A stretch of DNA of 64,000 bases from Octopus vulgaris (GCA_951406725.2 OX597826.1:47802001-47866000), one strand, 5' to 3'; shown: positions 14,330 through 28,465, counted from the first letter of the stretch. Made by a program: numbers and translations. Notes: generated by a model from the sequence alone, not told the origin.

Positions 14330-14330
<1 letters not shown>
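14131..14330 (+). mobile_element. Penelope-type terminal repeat unit P2
   Basis: gttagctac..ctgttgaagagcgtaggctcgaaacgttaaagac..cttcccg followed by (TA)n. Confidence 0.8.
14196..14233 (+). ncRNA. minimal type I hammerhead-ribozyme-like motif (core variant A6U)
   Basis: UCUUU-CUGUUGA-A-GAGC(GUAG)GCUC-GAAAC-GUU-AAAGA: stem I UCUUU/AAAGA, stem II GAGC/GCUC, palindromic AACGUU stem III. Confidence 0.65.
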
Positions 14331-14368
<38 letters not shown>

Positions 14369-15093
14369 CCACAGGATTCGGGAAACCGGCCATTATGAGT
14401 CTATATGACACGGGAAGTAACAGCGGTAAATCATTTTTTCAAACAACGGAATCCTCATTGTCCAAACCGACGGAGAACCATTGAAGTACACACGAGAATT
14501 TCAGAATTAAAGAGCTGAACCAAAGGAAGTAAAACAAAGTGGGGGTTAAAAGGGTAAGAAACAACAGAGTGTTTTTAACGCAAGAAAAGAATACCCTAGA
14601 AGCTGTGTATTTTACGTGGAGGAAAGCAATTGCTGGTTCAGTGGTTTGTTTACTGGAGACAAGCTGCTACGTAATAAATGTTTCAGCGATTTTCTGAAGT
14701 AAGTCTTTGTCTTTCGTGTCTCCTTACAAATCTTTCAACCCAGGCAATGAAGTTACAGAACAAAACTTCTTATGATGTCTCCCACTTCTATTTCCCCTCC
14801 CTCCCTCCCTCGCTCTCTCTCTCTCTCCATTTACCCCCTCTCTCTTTCTCTCTCTTTTTCTCTCTCTGTCTATTTCTCAAACAAACACACAAACGAACAC
14901 TATTTTTGGTTCTCTTTCTGCAGGTGTCTCTGTGTGTATGTATGTATGTATGTATGTATGTATGTATAAAAATGTGTGTATACATAAATATATAACGTAC
15001 ATGTTTATGTATGGCTCTCTCTCTATCTCTCCTTCTACACACACACATGCGCACACACATACATATACATACGTGTAATACATGTTCATATAT

Positions 15094-15154
<61 letters not shown>

Positions 15155-15720
15155 CTCACACATACACACCTACACATTTATGTATGTGTACATGTTATGT
15201 AGTTATGTGTGGATGGCTGTGTGTATGTATGTATGCATGTATGTATGTATGTATATATATGTATGTATGCATGTGTGTACGAGTGTATGTACAAATGTAT
15301 GTATGTATGTATGTATGTATGTATGTATGTATGTATGTATGTATGTATGTATGTACGTATGTATGTATATGTATGTATGTGTATGTTTAAATTACGTTCA
15401 CCGCCTAAGACAGGTGCAGTCCAGGTTTGAGTCCGTCAATTTTGTGAGGGACAAGTTTAAAATTCATAGAAAGTAAAGAGGGACAAAGATTAACTGAGAG
15501 ATAACGAGAGAATGGGTGAGTGAGTGAGTGAGTGAAACGGCGAGGGAGGGGTTAAATGAAGCAAAAGCAACAAAAATATTGTGTCTTCTGTGTCTGTGTG
15601 TTTGAGTATGGACATGTGTTGGCATACATACGTATACAATCATTGTGTGAAGAATGGAATCAATGTGAGAGGGTGCCTTGTAGTACGCGCGCATTTGTGT
15701 TCGTAACCTATACTTAGGTG

Positions 15721-16056
15721 AGTGAGGGCGCGTGGCTTAGTGGTTAGGGCATTCGGCTCATGATCGTAAGGTTGTGAGTTCGAATCCCGGACCGGGCTGC
15801 GTGTTGTGTCCTTGAGCAAGACACTTTATTTCACGTTGCTCCAGTCCACTCAGCTGGCAAAAAATGAGTTGTACTTGTATTTCAAAGGGTCAGCCTTGTC
15901 ACTCTCTGTGTCACGCTGATTATCCCCGAGAACTACGTTAAGGGTACACGTGTCTGTGGAATGCTCAGCCATTTGCACGTTAATTTCACGAGCAAGCTGT
16001 TCCGTTGATCGTATCAGCTGGGACCCTCGTCATCGTAACCAGCGGAGTCTTTAATA
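15721..16056 (+). mobile_element. SINE family C, tail type 2, with TSD
   Basis: tggcttagtggttag A-box, gagttcgaatccc B-box, gtgtccttgagcaagacac core; TSD atacttaggtg at 15710-15720 and 16057-16067. Confidence 0.88.
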
Positions 16057-16260
16057 ATACTTAGGTGTGGGTGAACTTGCGATATAGGCATACATGTGTA
16101 TATTTGTGTTGGTGTATGTGTGTGTGTGTTGGCATATGCATAAGCAATGTTATACAGTCGTAGTCTATTACTTCTAGTACGTTGACCTGTATAGTCGCGA
16201 ACAACGACATTCTCTCGGCTCTCCAGCGCTTGGCGCCCACCAAAGACCAGGGGCATAACA

Positions 16261-16297
<37 letters not shown>

Positions 16298-16342
16298 GCA
16301 CTAACTATTTCTCAACAGACTAGACTAGAGCAACATGAAATG

Positions 16343-16576
16343 AAGGCGGCGAGCTGGCAGAAACGTTAGCACGCCGGGCGAAATGCGTAGCCGTATTTCG
16401 TCTGCCGTAACGTTCTGAGTTCAAATTCCGCCGAGGTCGACTTTGCCTTTCATCCTTTCGGGGTCGATAAATTAAGTACCAGTTTACGCACTGGGATCGA
16501 TGTAATCGGCTTAATTCGTTTGTCTGTCCTTGTTTGTCCCCTCTATGTTTGGCCCCTTGTGGGTAGTAAAGAAACA
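16343..16576 (+). mobile_element. SINE family B (central domain resembling Meta-type SINEs), inserted in an old family C fragment
   Basis: ggcggcgagctggcagaa..gagttcaaattcc..gactttgcctttcatcctttcggggtcgataaa; TSD aacatgaaatgaag on both sides. Confidence 0.88.
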
Positions 16577-16683
16577 AACATGAAATGAAGTGTATTGCTC
16601 AAGAACACAATGCACTGCTCGGTCCACAAATTGAGCTCACGGCCTTATGATGGTACAATGCCCTAGTATGGATACATATATCC

Positions 16684-17279
16684 ATACTGTTCTATATTTA
16701 GGAGATGAGGAATTATGTACATTATTTACATTTGAGGGATATTTGTCCTCGTCTTGTTTGTTGTTAACACAACGTTTCGGCTGATATACCCTCCAGTCTT
16801 CATCATTTGTGTTGGGAATATTTCCTTCGGATAAAACCACCAATAGAAGAGAATATGACCTGAAACTGCGTGTACTCCATCCCGTGCAGCTGTGGTAGGT
16901 TATACAAAGGCGAAACATGCCGCCCTCTCAAAATAAGAGTAGAAGAAGATCGCAAAGCTGTGACACGAGGAGATATTGATAAATCGGTTATAGCTCATCA
17001 TGTATGGAAAAATGGAGACTACCTCCCCATGTGGTAAGAAGTTAAAATAATAGACAGAGAACACCAGTGGAAAATACGAAAACTAAATGAAGTAGCATAT
17101 ACATTAGTACGCAACAACCTCCTAAGCAGAACGAGTGCAGATATGAATAGCATATGGGAACCCGTATTAAGAAAGGATAGGAAAATATTAGACTTATAAG
17201 CCCTAAAAATTCACTCCATAATTGCCCAAGTGCATGGGCTACTAACCCCAAGATTCCGTGTTTGATTCCAGGTCAGTGA

Positions 17280-17283
<4 letters not shown>
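16684..17283 (+). mobile_element. Penelope-like element relic: inverted terminal repeat P1 (16684-16826, minus) followed by GIY-YIG endonuclease fragment and 3' region
   Basis: Plus frame from ~16865 reads NCVYSIPCSCGRLYKGETCRPLKIRVEEDRKAVTRGDIDKSVIAHHVWKNG..KIIDREHQWKIRKLNE with in-frame stops; 16684-16826 is the reverse complement of 28550-28696. Confidence 0.8.
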
Positions 17284-17354
<71 letters not shown>

Positions 17355-17382
17355 TGATGATGATGATAATAATAATAATAAC

Positions 17383-17462
<80 letters not shown>

Positions 17463-17475
17463 CAACAACAACAAA
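17284..17475. repeat. (AAT)n/(AAC)n microsatellite
   Basis: Long aat run ending in aac units. Confidence 0.97.
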
Positions 17476-17476
17476 T

Positions 17477-20171
17477 AGCGTTAGAAAAAAAAAGAGAAAA
17501 GAGGATGGGTTAGTAGCTAAACTAGACGAGGCTATTTGTTGTGGCATTGAAACCGACGTGCTAGCAGCGAGAATAGCATTAGAACAGTTCTTCAATGCGA
17601 AACATGAAGGTTGCATTGTCAGAACTAAGAAACGAAGGAATCAAAGCTATTCGATGGGTCCGCGTGGCGGATACGCAGCGTGGTAACAAATCCACAATTC
17701 GGTCTTTGACGGGCCGAGACGGACACGAGCTGAACGATCCCAGGCAGATAGGTTAGGCCTTTCGCCAGCACTTTGCTCAGTTGTTCGGAAGGAGTAGAGG
17801 TGCGTAGCTGGTGGTAGACTTCAGTTCGACGGCTTGTCGCGTCTCTCGACCACCGATGCTGGGCGCTGTGAAAGGCAAATAACTTCAGTCAAAATTCAGG
17901 ATGCCACTGGCAGTTGCAGGAGGCACAAGTCACCAGGTTTAAATGGTCTGCCTTATATACTTTACGTAAATACGCCAAATTTGTTCTCTGATCTTCTCGA
18001 AGCGATCTACTGCAACTGGCAGCAGAATGGGAGTTCCATGAGTCGGGGCGTAGTGACGCTGATAAGGAAAGACAGAAACAAGAGGGGCACATTGAATAAT
18101 TTCAGGCCCATAACTCTGCTTAACACAAATTTAAGATTTAGGCCAAGGTATTAGCAAGGAGGTTGACGCTTGTCGTCGAAGACTTTGTCGGGGAGACGCA
18201 AATCTGTGCATTCCCGACTAGGTCCATACACGACAACCTCCACCTCTTAAAATACATAATAGAAAGAGTAATGTATAAACCTGGCTTCGGTTGGGCGCTG
18301 ATCCATTTAGATCAATCGAAAGCTTTCGATAGGGTCGACCATCGATATCTAGAGGCTGTCTTCAAAGTGGCTGGCGTCGGCCTCGTCTTCAGAGGTTGGA
18401 TCGCTGCAATGCACAATGGCATCTACTCAGTAGTCAAAATTAATGGCCACCTATCGGAACCGTTTCAGATTTCTCGATCGGTCCCTCAAGGGTGCCCTCT
18501 CTCCTTCTTTCTGTACCTATTGACTCTTGAGCCTTTACTGCAGAAGTTGGAGCTGCTGCAGAGCATTCCACTCGAATCAGGACGCAGGAGAACTGTGTTG
18601 GCGTATGCGGACGACATCACCGTGATGGTGTCGGACACCTCAGAAATCGAGGTGGTCAGTACGTCATTGCAGGAATATGGGAAAATTGACAGGAGCAAAA
18701 CATAACCCGGAAAAGTCGGTGGGCTTGCAACTCAACACCTGGAGAGACAAGTCCATACCGCTCGGGGTTTGGTTTTGACCAGACCTCCAGGTGGATAAGT
18801 ATTGGGACAAGGTGACGAGCAGAGCAGCCAGTCTCACTCAAAAATGGGCTGGGAGGAAGCTATCACTGAAAGGTCGAGCGGAGGTGGCGAATGCGTACAT
18901 CGCATCTGTCATCTACTACCGCTTGACCGTCGAACCTTGCTTCCGATCGCCCCTCGCAAAGTTAGAACGCCTTCTCTTCAAATTCCTGTGGATGGGACAG
19001 GTTCCATTGATGAGGCGGTCCATCTGCTGCCAACTCCCTCTACGCGGAGGGCTGTGTTTGCTGTGACTAATGATGTGCAGATATGCGCTGAGGCTGCAGT
19101 ATCTCCAGATATTTTGCCTAAACGGTTAACAGGTGTAGTCGCCGTTTGTCAAACAGGCTTTTCCATAGCTCGTCTCCTTGACTGAGCTTCAGTCCTGAGT
19201 CAAGAAGAAACCCAGGAAGGGTGACTGGCATCTGGAATGTTGCAGGCACTCACTGTTCTCTACTAGGTGGGCAATGCGATCAGTGGAACATTCACTCTTG
19301 AGTTCTATAGAGGGTTAGTGGAGAGAAAGAGCGATAACTCACTTGAAGAAACGCTTGGCATTGACGAAGTCAAACTAACCAGTCTGTTCAGGAGGACTTT
19401 CGAGCCGGGAACGATGGATAGCTTCCAGAAATCTCTAGCTTGGCAGTGCTACCGGAGGGCACTGCTGGTTTGAGATAAACTGTACAGGCACGGGTGTGCT
19501 GCCAGACGGACTTGCCCGAGATGCGCGCAGCGTGATGAAACCGTTCTGCACGCACTCGTTCAGTGTCCTTGCATTACTGACCCGTGAAGTTATGTTGAAC
19601 AGCTGTTATCACGTGTAGGATGGAGCCGGCTATCAGCCAAGTCCACAGTGAAGATCGATCTGCCGCTTTCCAGGCTATTATCTTCTGTCTGATAGCAGTA
19701 GTGAAAAAGGTTGTATGGTGGACAAGGTTGAAAGGACTGAAGGCAGAGACTTTTCACTTTGGCCAATCACTCATCAACTTTTTCAAATTTTATTTGGAAA
19801 GGAAGATGAGGGTGGAGAGATAAGTGCTGTTTCCTAGTACATTTGCTAAAAGGTGGGTGAATGTAGCGAAAATGGCTCACTGTGAGTGAACCTACTCTAA
19901 TAATGAGCCTGTAGACTAGTAAATTTGACAGGAAGAAGGGTGCTCTTCTCAGATGCCCTCGAAGCGTCGCGTGGTTCAGGATTGGTGGGGTATCTGAGCC
20001 AAATCCAGGTGGTTACCTCTTCCTCCCTTATTGGGGGAACTTTCATTGTTGTATCCTTTCGTTGGATATCATTGTTATTGTTTTGTGTACTAGTTGTTTC
20101 TGTGTAAAATCCTCACTGTCCATGTTTACTGTATTGTCCCCTATATGTCGGCCCTAGTGGCTAATAAATGA

Positions 20172-20172
<1 letters not shown>
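17477..20172 (+). mobile_element. 5'-truncated Tx1/L1-group LINE; disrupted ORF2 with RT and CCHC knuckle
   Basis: SPGLNGLPY, NFRPITLLNT, RSIHDNL, LDQSKAFDRV, QGCPLS, YADD, RKLSLKGRAEVANAYIAS, and CPRCAQRDETVLHALVQC at ~19512; frameshifts and stops; aataaa at ~20163 then (AAT)n. Confidence 0.9.
18163..18705 (+). pseudogene. reverse transcriptase core fragment of the Tx1-like LINE
   Basis: LIHLDQSKAFDRV, RSVPQGCPLS and AYADDITV motifs; flanked by frameshifts. Confidence 0.88.
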
Positions 20173-20205
<33 letters not shown>

Positions 20206-20277
20206 GCTACAACAACAATAACAATAATAATAATAATAATAATAATGATAATAATAATAATAATAATAATTATTATT

Positions 20278-20787
20278 AACTGATTGGAAGTGTTATCATG
20301 TACATTGTTTTGTCTTGGTATAAAAGATGGGCTACAGCAAATATTCTGCTCAATACCACAGATTTGCTTGTCAGTTGTTTGACCTTAACCAGTTGAGCAT
20401 GTCCCTTAGTGGCTGACGATATGTGCATCTCTGATCACAAGCAGAAGTAGTGGGGGAGCATCATAGCCATGTGTTGAGAGGGATTCTTTGGGGTTTGAAT
20501 AATTCACCTCTGGAAACATGGGTGGTTCTTTCAACATCCTTAAACAATCCTTATTCAGGGACCTTTTGAGCGGGATGGGCTACTCAACCTGAAGAAAATT
20601 CTAACTGGGCCCCACCTGCAAGATGATGCGCTGTTTATCTTGATATGAGATCACCATGTCGCGCACATATGGTTGTGATGCATGTGCCTGGTGTACCCTT
20701 ATCAGACGGGCAGTCATGATGGGTATATTGGGCTTCGTATATTTTACCCCAGTGTCACTTTGATGGCATGAACTGCTCTCTCACTCA
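20278..20787 (+). mobile_element. unclassified ~510-bp element embedded in (AAT)n, probably a retroelement 3' region
   Basis: Complex, more GC-rich sequence bounded by AAT/ATT runs and ending ctcactc(aat)n; no ORF recognised; strand inferred from the tail. Confidence 0.45.
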
Positions 20788-20807
20788 ATAATAATAATAA
20801 TAATAAT

Positions 20808-21056
20808 ATTCAAAAGATAGTGCTCATGGAAACTGCTCATATCCTACGCAAAATACTTTCTATGTAATCTCAAGTTTTAAAACAAACATAATTCTCTTTT
20901 TTTTTTTAAGGCATTCACTAGTACAACACTAAATACAAAACCAAATCTATGGCACACTAGGCATAACAACAATACGCATTTCCAGCCTGTTGTCTCTTGA
21001 GGTCTCTGGGTGAGACTTGGAGCCAACTTGTACAAATATAAAGGCAAAAGTCAAAC

Positions 21057-21058
<2 letters not shown>
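20808..21058 (+). mobile_element. R4/Dong-like LINE 3' end (last codons plus 3' UTR)
   Basis: IQKIVLMETAHILRKILSM* resembles the R4/Dong terminal motif QK..LLGTAHILRK.L; (AAT)n on both sides. Confidence 0.7.
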
Positions 21059-21150
<92 letters not shown>

Positions 21151-21528
21151 AATAAAAATAATAATAATAATGATAATTATTATAATTGCACACAAACATA
21201 CATACATGCATACACATATATATGACGGAGTTTTTCCTGTTAGTATCTTCAATATCCACTATAGAAGAAAACACTAGCCTGCGTGCAATGCAGTGAGATT
21301 GAACCCTAAATCATTAGTTCGTAAGGAGACTTCTTAACTATAAAGCCACGCCGGCACCTCATATATGTATGTATGTGTATGCGAGTGATTGAGTGTGCGT
21401 GTGTGTGCGTGCGTGTGTGTGTGTGAGTATATATGTATGTGTGTTTGTGAGTGTATGTATATATGTATATATAAGTAGATATAGACATATTTACGCACAC
21501 ATACATATACATATACATACATACATAT

Positions 21529-21592
<64 letters not shown>

Positions 21593-21967
21593 GCATGCAC
21601 ACACACATTCACATATGTATATGTATGAGTTTGCTAATGGGAGAAAATTAAAGAAACAACGGTGGGATGTTAATGCATCTGGTTCCAATTTATTGATAGA
21701 TTTGGATTGGTACCAAATAATATATATATATATATATCTAGAGAGAGAGAGAAAAAACACACACAAAAACATACAAGCAAGTGAAAATACATACATACAT
21801 GCATACATACACACGCTTATAGAAGGACACGCATAGGAAAACATCAATATATAAAATATACACAGGCATCGTTTAATCAGAATGTGGGAAATTCTGCTGA
21901 GGTAAAAAAAAATATTTCCGTGAACCTAGAACAGCATAAGAAATTATTCCTCCCTACGATAACACGT

Positions 21968-21999
<32 letters not shown>

Positions 22000-22256
22000 C
22001 AGGATATATAAATATGCAGAAATATATAATACGCAGTCGTTCATATAAATACAAACACAAGCATAAATACGTAGAGATATTGATATACGCATATCAAAAA
22101 ATGGCAATAAAATTTGTTATCTCACTAAATATGATGGGCACGTATAAGTTATATACTTAAGGATATTGAACATGCATATATATATATATATGTATATGTA
22201 TGTATATATGTATACATATATATATACACATATATATATACACATATACATATATA

Positions 22257-22287
<31 letters not shown>

Positions 22288-22322
22288 CCTATATTATATA
22301 TGTATATATGTATATATATATG

Positions 22323-22354
<32 letters not shown>

Positions 22355-22386
22355 AATATGTATATACATATATATACACATATACG

Positions 22387-22436
<50 letters not shown>

Positions 22437-22689
22437 GAGCACACGTACATATATGCATACAGGCATATATGAACACAGATATGTGTATATGTATATGTAT
22501 GTATAAGCATGTATGTTTGTGCATGTGTGTGTATGTTTGTGTAAACTGAATTCATTATCTCATGACTCGATTTTCAAGCTGCCATGGGTGGTATTGGATA
22601 TTTCAAGCGGGTTGTATCTACATTTGAGCAAGTTCGTTTGTATTGTGTGTGTGTGTGTGCATGTGTGCACGTGAGTAATTATATCCAAC

Positions 22690-23300
22690 CACAGGAAAAT
22701 GCTATCGTTTGAGAAAACTTAACAAAATGCCGCAGTCTGTATGCAAACAAGCATTCCAACAACTAACCGCTAGTCAACAGCAGAAACCAAATAGTCTTCT
22801 GTACAGTAATATTCTACAATATGATACTCATCCATGCAGTTCTAAAGTACAATGGCGTCATTAAAGCGAGCGGCTTCACAGAACAACAAGGAGACGTTAG
22901 CAAAGCTTACAAACAGGCCATTAGCCATAACTCACCAGAAAAACTGAAATTGTCTGACTCTGCTTGCTACTAAGCGTAAGTGGTGTGTCAATGTGTCAAA
23001 CTGATATCACACGGTATTCAACAAGAACAGCAAAAATGTTAGATACAGCAGTGCAAGAACGAAACAAAACACTTCATGAAGATATAAGTAATCATCAAAG
23101 CCGAGTATATATTAATTGGAAATTGCCTAAAAATGTATTCTGCAAAGCAGAAGTCTTAAATTAGAAACAAAGAGGCAAAAACAGTATTGGAGTAACAAGA
23201 CAGACATTCAAAACCGAGGACACGGTACACATGTTATTGCTCCCAAATATTTGAAGTAGAAACACAACACCTCTATCGAAACACATTTGGGATTTAATGG
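22690..23300 (+). mobile_element. highly degenerate Penelope-like element (RT thumb, linker, GIY-YIG)
   Basis: Frameshifted peptides KYNGVIKASGFTE, YHTVFNKNSKNVRYS, NVFCKAEV, IGVTRQTFKT. Confidence 0.55.
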
Positions 23301-23319
23301 CGAATGATATATATATTTC

Positions 23320-23505
23320 TTTATTGCTCACAAACACAGAGGGGACAAACAAGGACAGACAAACGGATTAAGTCGATTACATCGACTCCAGTGAGTAACT
23401 GGTACCTTATTTATCGACCCCGAAAGGAGAAAAGGCAAAGTCAACCTCGGCGGAATTTGAACTCAGAACGTAACGGCAGACGAAATACGGCTACGCATTT
23501 CGCCC
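23320..23505 (-). mobile_element. SINE family B, 5'-truncated
   Basis: Reverse complement of the family B body; cgaatgatata on both flanks is a probable TSD. Confidence 0.85.
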
Positions 23506-23570
23506 GAATGATATAAATATATCAATTCATTTTGCAAGATTCCTGATGTGAAATCGTGCGTTGAAACAGA

Positions 23571-23940
23571 TATTGTTGTATTTCGGAATGGTCATTTTTT
23601 TTTGCCAAATAAACAAAAGCACTAAATATTTTTTCTTCACTTGTTTATTACTGCTCTTATCTTATTATTTTAGCTTATATCCATTGTCCGTAAATCTTTC
23701 ATCACACATCTGCGACCTCTTCAGTGACACTTTTCGTCTTCGTGTGTGTTCTAGCTCTACTTACTCCATTCTGTTCTTCTAAGCTGAAGAGGCCACAGAT
23801 GTGTGACGAAAGATTTCCGGACAATGGATATTAGTTAAAATGATAAAATAAGAACGGTAATAAATGAGTGAAGATAAAATATACAGTGCATGTGTTCATT
23901 TGGCAAAAAAAAATGACCATCCCGAAATACAACAAGATAT
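23571..23940. repeat. fold-back inverted repeat, ~155-bp arms each starting with a hammerhead-like core (P3)
   Basis: 23571-23724 is a diverged reverse complement of 23784-23940; ctgaagaggccacagatgtgtgacgaaa at 23784. Confidence 0.8.
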
Positions 23941-25447
23941 AAATATAAACTGGGTGATAATAAATACGTAAATTGTTCCATGTCATGCTCCTACTATCGC
24001 TAAAAAATAAAAGATAATTACAGGATAGATTTGTTTGCTCAACAGATGAAGCAATATGCTATGTTTCAGAGTCTATAACATATTCACTTTAGAAACCGAG
24101 TAAATAAATGATGTTGCAGCAGTGGAAGTAATAGTTGGGACACAAAAAATCCATTATTACTGGAACAACAAAACATGCTGTACATAAATGAGACCATCTT
24201 ATATTTACATACGTAATAAGAAAGAAATAAGACGCAGATTAACAATTGAAATATGTCTATGTTTGTTAGATACGTATAATAGGAAACTACAAGACTTTCT
24301 AACATTCAACTCTTACAGAATTTTAGAATTCTGGAGTGAAAATTTCGATTTATGGCAATAAAACCGTTGAATATAAGATATCTGCTAATAAAAAAAAAAC
24401 ATGGTGTGTGCGAAGAGTATGAGGCAAAGTTAGAAGACGTTCGACTGTTAGGCCTTTTTGGGGGGAGTATTTTAACAAATATTTTGATTATGACGAGAAA
24501 CCTACATTAGCTGTGAAAGGGCAATCATATGGAACAATATATTTCATTGTATTTGTTTGTGGTGGGCTGCGTCTGTGTATGTATGATTTAAATGGTTTAA
24601 GACATCACGGATAGAAATCTTTTGTCAATATTTAACTGGTCAAGCAAAAAAGTGGAAGTTGTACCTAACTTTATATCGTACGGCAGTTAGACAAACTATG
24701 CTGAGCATTTTTTAAGGCTATAGTACAATGTATTGGCAGCAAGAGCTTTTGAATCGGGAGTCGGGAATTATCCAAGAATGTTCCTACCTCCACACTTCAC
24801 TAGACTGAATAAACCATATTACTACATGAAAACTGTATGAAACATTTATTATTGAAAATATTACAATATAAGATTAACTCCTTCATCATTCTATACCTCA
24901 TAAATGTTGTTGTAGTTGTTGTTGTTTTTTATTCAGGTGAATCCTGATGACGTAAATAGATTTCCACCTATGTTGGTAGTGATAACTGGGCCACCTGCTC
25001 AGTGAATTAATCTGTAGATGGATGAATGTCCCAAGGGTAGGTGTCACCTTAAGGCACATTTTAGGCATCATCAATGCGATATAATGAGAGAAGACTGAAC
25101 CTTTAAATTAAAGACACAATCCATTCAGACTTCCACATAATTTCCATTAACCAGATTTCACCCAAAAGTTTTGTGGGTGATCCAAGTCTAAGGTACAAGT
25201 CTCTATCATGATGTGCTATTGAACCCAGATATTCGTGATTGAGAAGTGAACTACCAAACCATTCAGCTATACTACTGAAGGTATTTTAAATGTGGCCGTC
25301 ATTAATATCTTGTTAAAGGTATGTAGGAAGACACTATGTATTGTGATTTTCCTTCATTAAGACAGGATTGTATAATTTGAGGGAGATTTGGCTGCTATAG
25401 TAGATGATGTAGCTAGGTTTCGTTGTAGGCTTGTGTGTATAATAATA

Positions 25448-25902
25448 CTAGCAGTATAGCCCGGCGTTGCTCGGGTTTGATTTTTAGTTGCGCTTAAAAC
25501 GGCAGACTTTGATGTCGTGTTAACAAAGTTTTGACAGAGTTTCAAACTTCTTTGAAAAGTAAAAATTTTGCATTATGTAGCTTGTTATTCTCTTTAAGTG
25601 AACATTTTTTTGGTTGAAATACAACACCGTAAAATGGTGACACAGCAGTCAAAAAATCGTAAAAAATAGGGATTTTCATAGAAAAAATGCACCTTTTTGA
25701 TGTAAATAATTTTTGGAGTTAACATGGTCCTATCTAAAGTTCTCTTCGGCAGAATGAAGAGCAAGCTTTCTTCTATCATACTCTCAATGTTGGTCTACTT
25801 GCGCCGCAGGGTCTCGGAGAAGATAGTGTTAGTTGAAGTCTACCAAACCTGCCATACACACACAGACACACACACAGACAACTTCAATTTTATATATATA
25901 GA
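25448..25902 (-). mobile_element. non-autonomous Helitron
   Basis: 5' TC, 3' hairpin plus CTAG, A|T target; body similar to 8910-9300. Confidence 0.85.
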
Positions 25903-26204
25903 TTCTGTTGTGGTATTTCGCTAACTTTTTGAAATGATCAAAAGTTTAGACTAAAAAATTATTCAGAGATTTTTTTAAAAGTATTCATTGTTGTTGTTGC
26001 TGCTGCTGCTGCAAAAACACAGATAGGCATTGATTTAACAGGCATAGGATCAAAGGTAGTCCAGAGACAACAACAACTACATCAACAGCAGCAGCAGCGA
26101 TTTTAATTGAGTATGATTACCAATCAGTCAGACATATATACAATATGTATGATATCATGTATTGCTACAGTTCTGGATCATAAAAGAAAAAGACCTTGGG
26201 AGAC

Positions 26205-27460
<1,256 letters not shown>

Positions 27461-28465
27461 GAATGGTTTCTGAAGAATGGGATATTCTTCATGTCTGAAA
27501 TCCTTTACTAGTTTCACTCACTTCACTAAACAACACGGCATTAGAATAAAATGAATACTTGGTATTATTACAGAGATACAATTGCATACATTCAGCGTTG
27601 TACAAAGGGTCTTGTTATAAAATAGCTTAGGGTACTTGGAAACCAGAAGAAAGATACAAGGAACAATTCTACCAGGTCTCCTTATTTTAGAAGAATGATT
27701 TGCGTACGCTTGTAGATAAGCACCACACAAACAAAACATATGTTTCCGGTTCTTTAAAAAACAGAAACCACTGCCTGCACCACCACTACCAACAACAACA
27801 ACAACAACAACGATAGCAACACCATTACAACCACCATCATCACCACTACCACCAATACCACCACCACCACCACCACCACCACCGAAAACAACAACACCAT
27901 TCTCAATATCAACACCATTACTACCATCACCACCACTACCACCACCACCACCAATACCACCACCACCACCACCACCACCACCATTGCCACCTCTTCTATA
28001 AAAGAAAAAGGAAAAAAGTATTTTGAATTCTTTTACTCAATATTTTTGGAGAGATTTTGGCCTGTTTCCCTAACCGATTCTAGGAAAAGAAAGACTAGCA
28101 GAGAATAGAGTTAAGGACAATGAATGATGAGAACCAATATGTTGTTGTTGTGAATGTTGATGTAATGTTGATGTAGTGTTTGTCGTTGTTACAGATGCTA
28201 TTGTTGTTGTTGTTGGTATTGTTACTGCTTCTGTTGTTGTCATCATCTTAGAATGAATGATGCATGGCTTAGTGGTCAGTGTATTCAGTTCACGATTGCA
28301 AGATTGTGAGTTTGATTCTGGCAGTGCTTGTATCTCTTAAGTAAGACACTTTATTTCATGTTGCTCCAGTTCACTCAGTCGGCAAAATAGGCTTTACCTG
28401 TAATACAAAGGGTCAATCATGTTGCATTCAGTGTGTCATGCTGAATATCCCTGAGACCCATGTCA

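Noticed and set aside
15725-15795. tRNA-like sequences with A and B boxes (also 12361, 34651, 35530)
   Set aside because: They are SINE heads that continue into core and tail with TSDs; I could not draw an intact cloverleaf.
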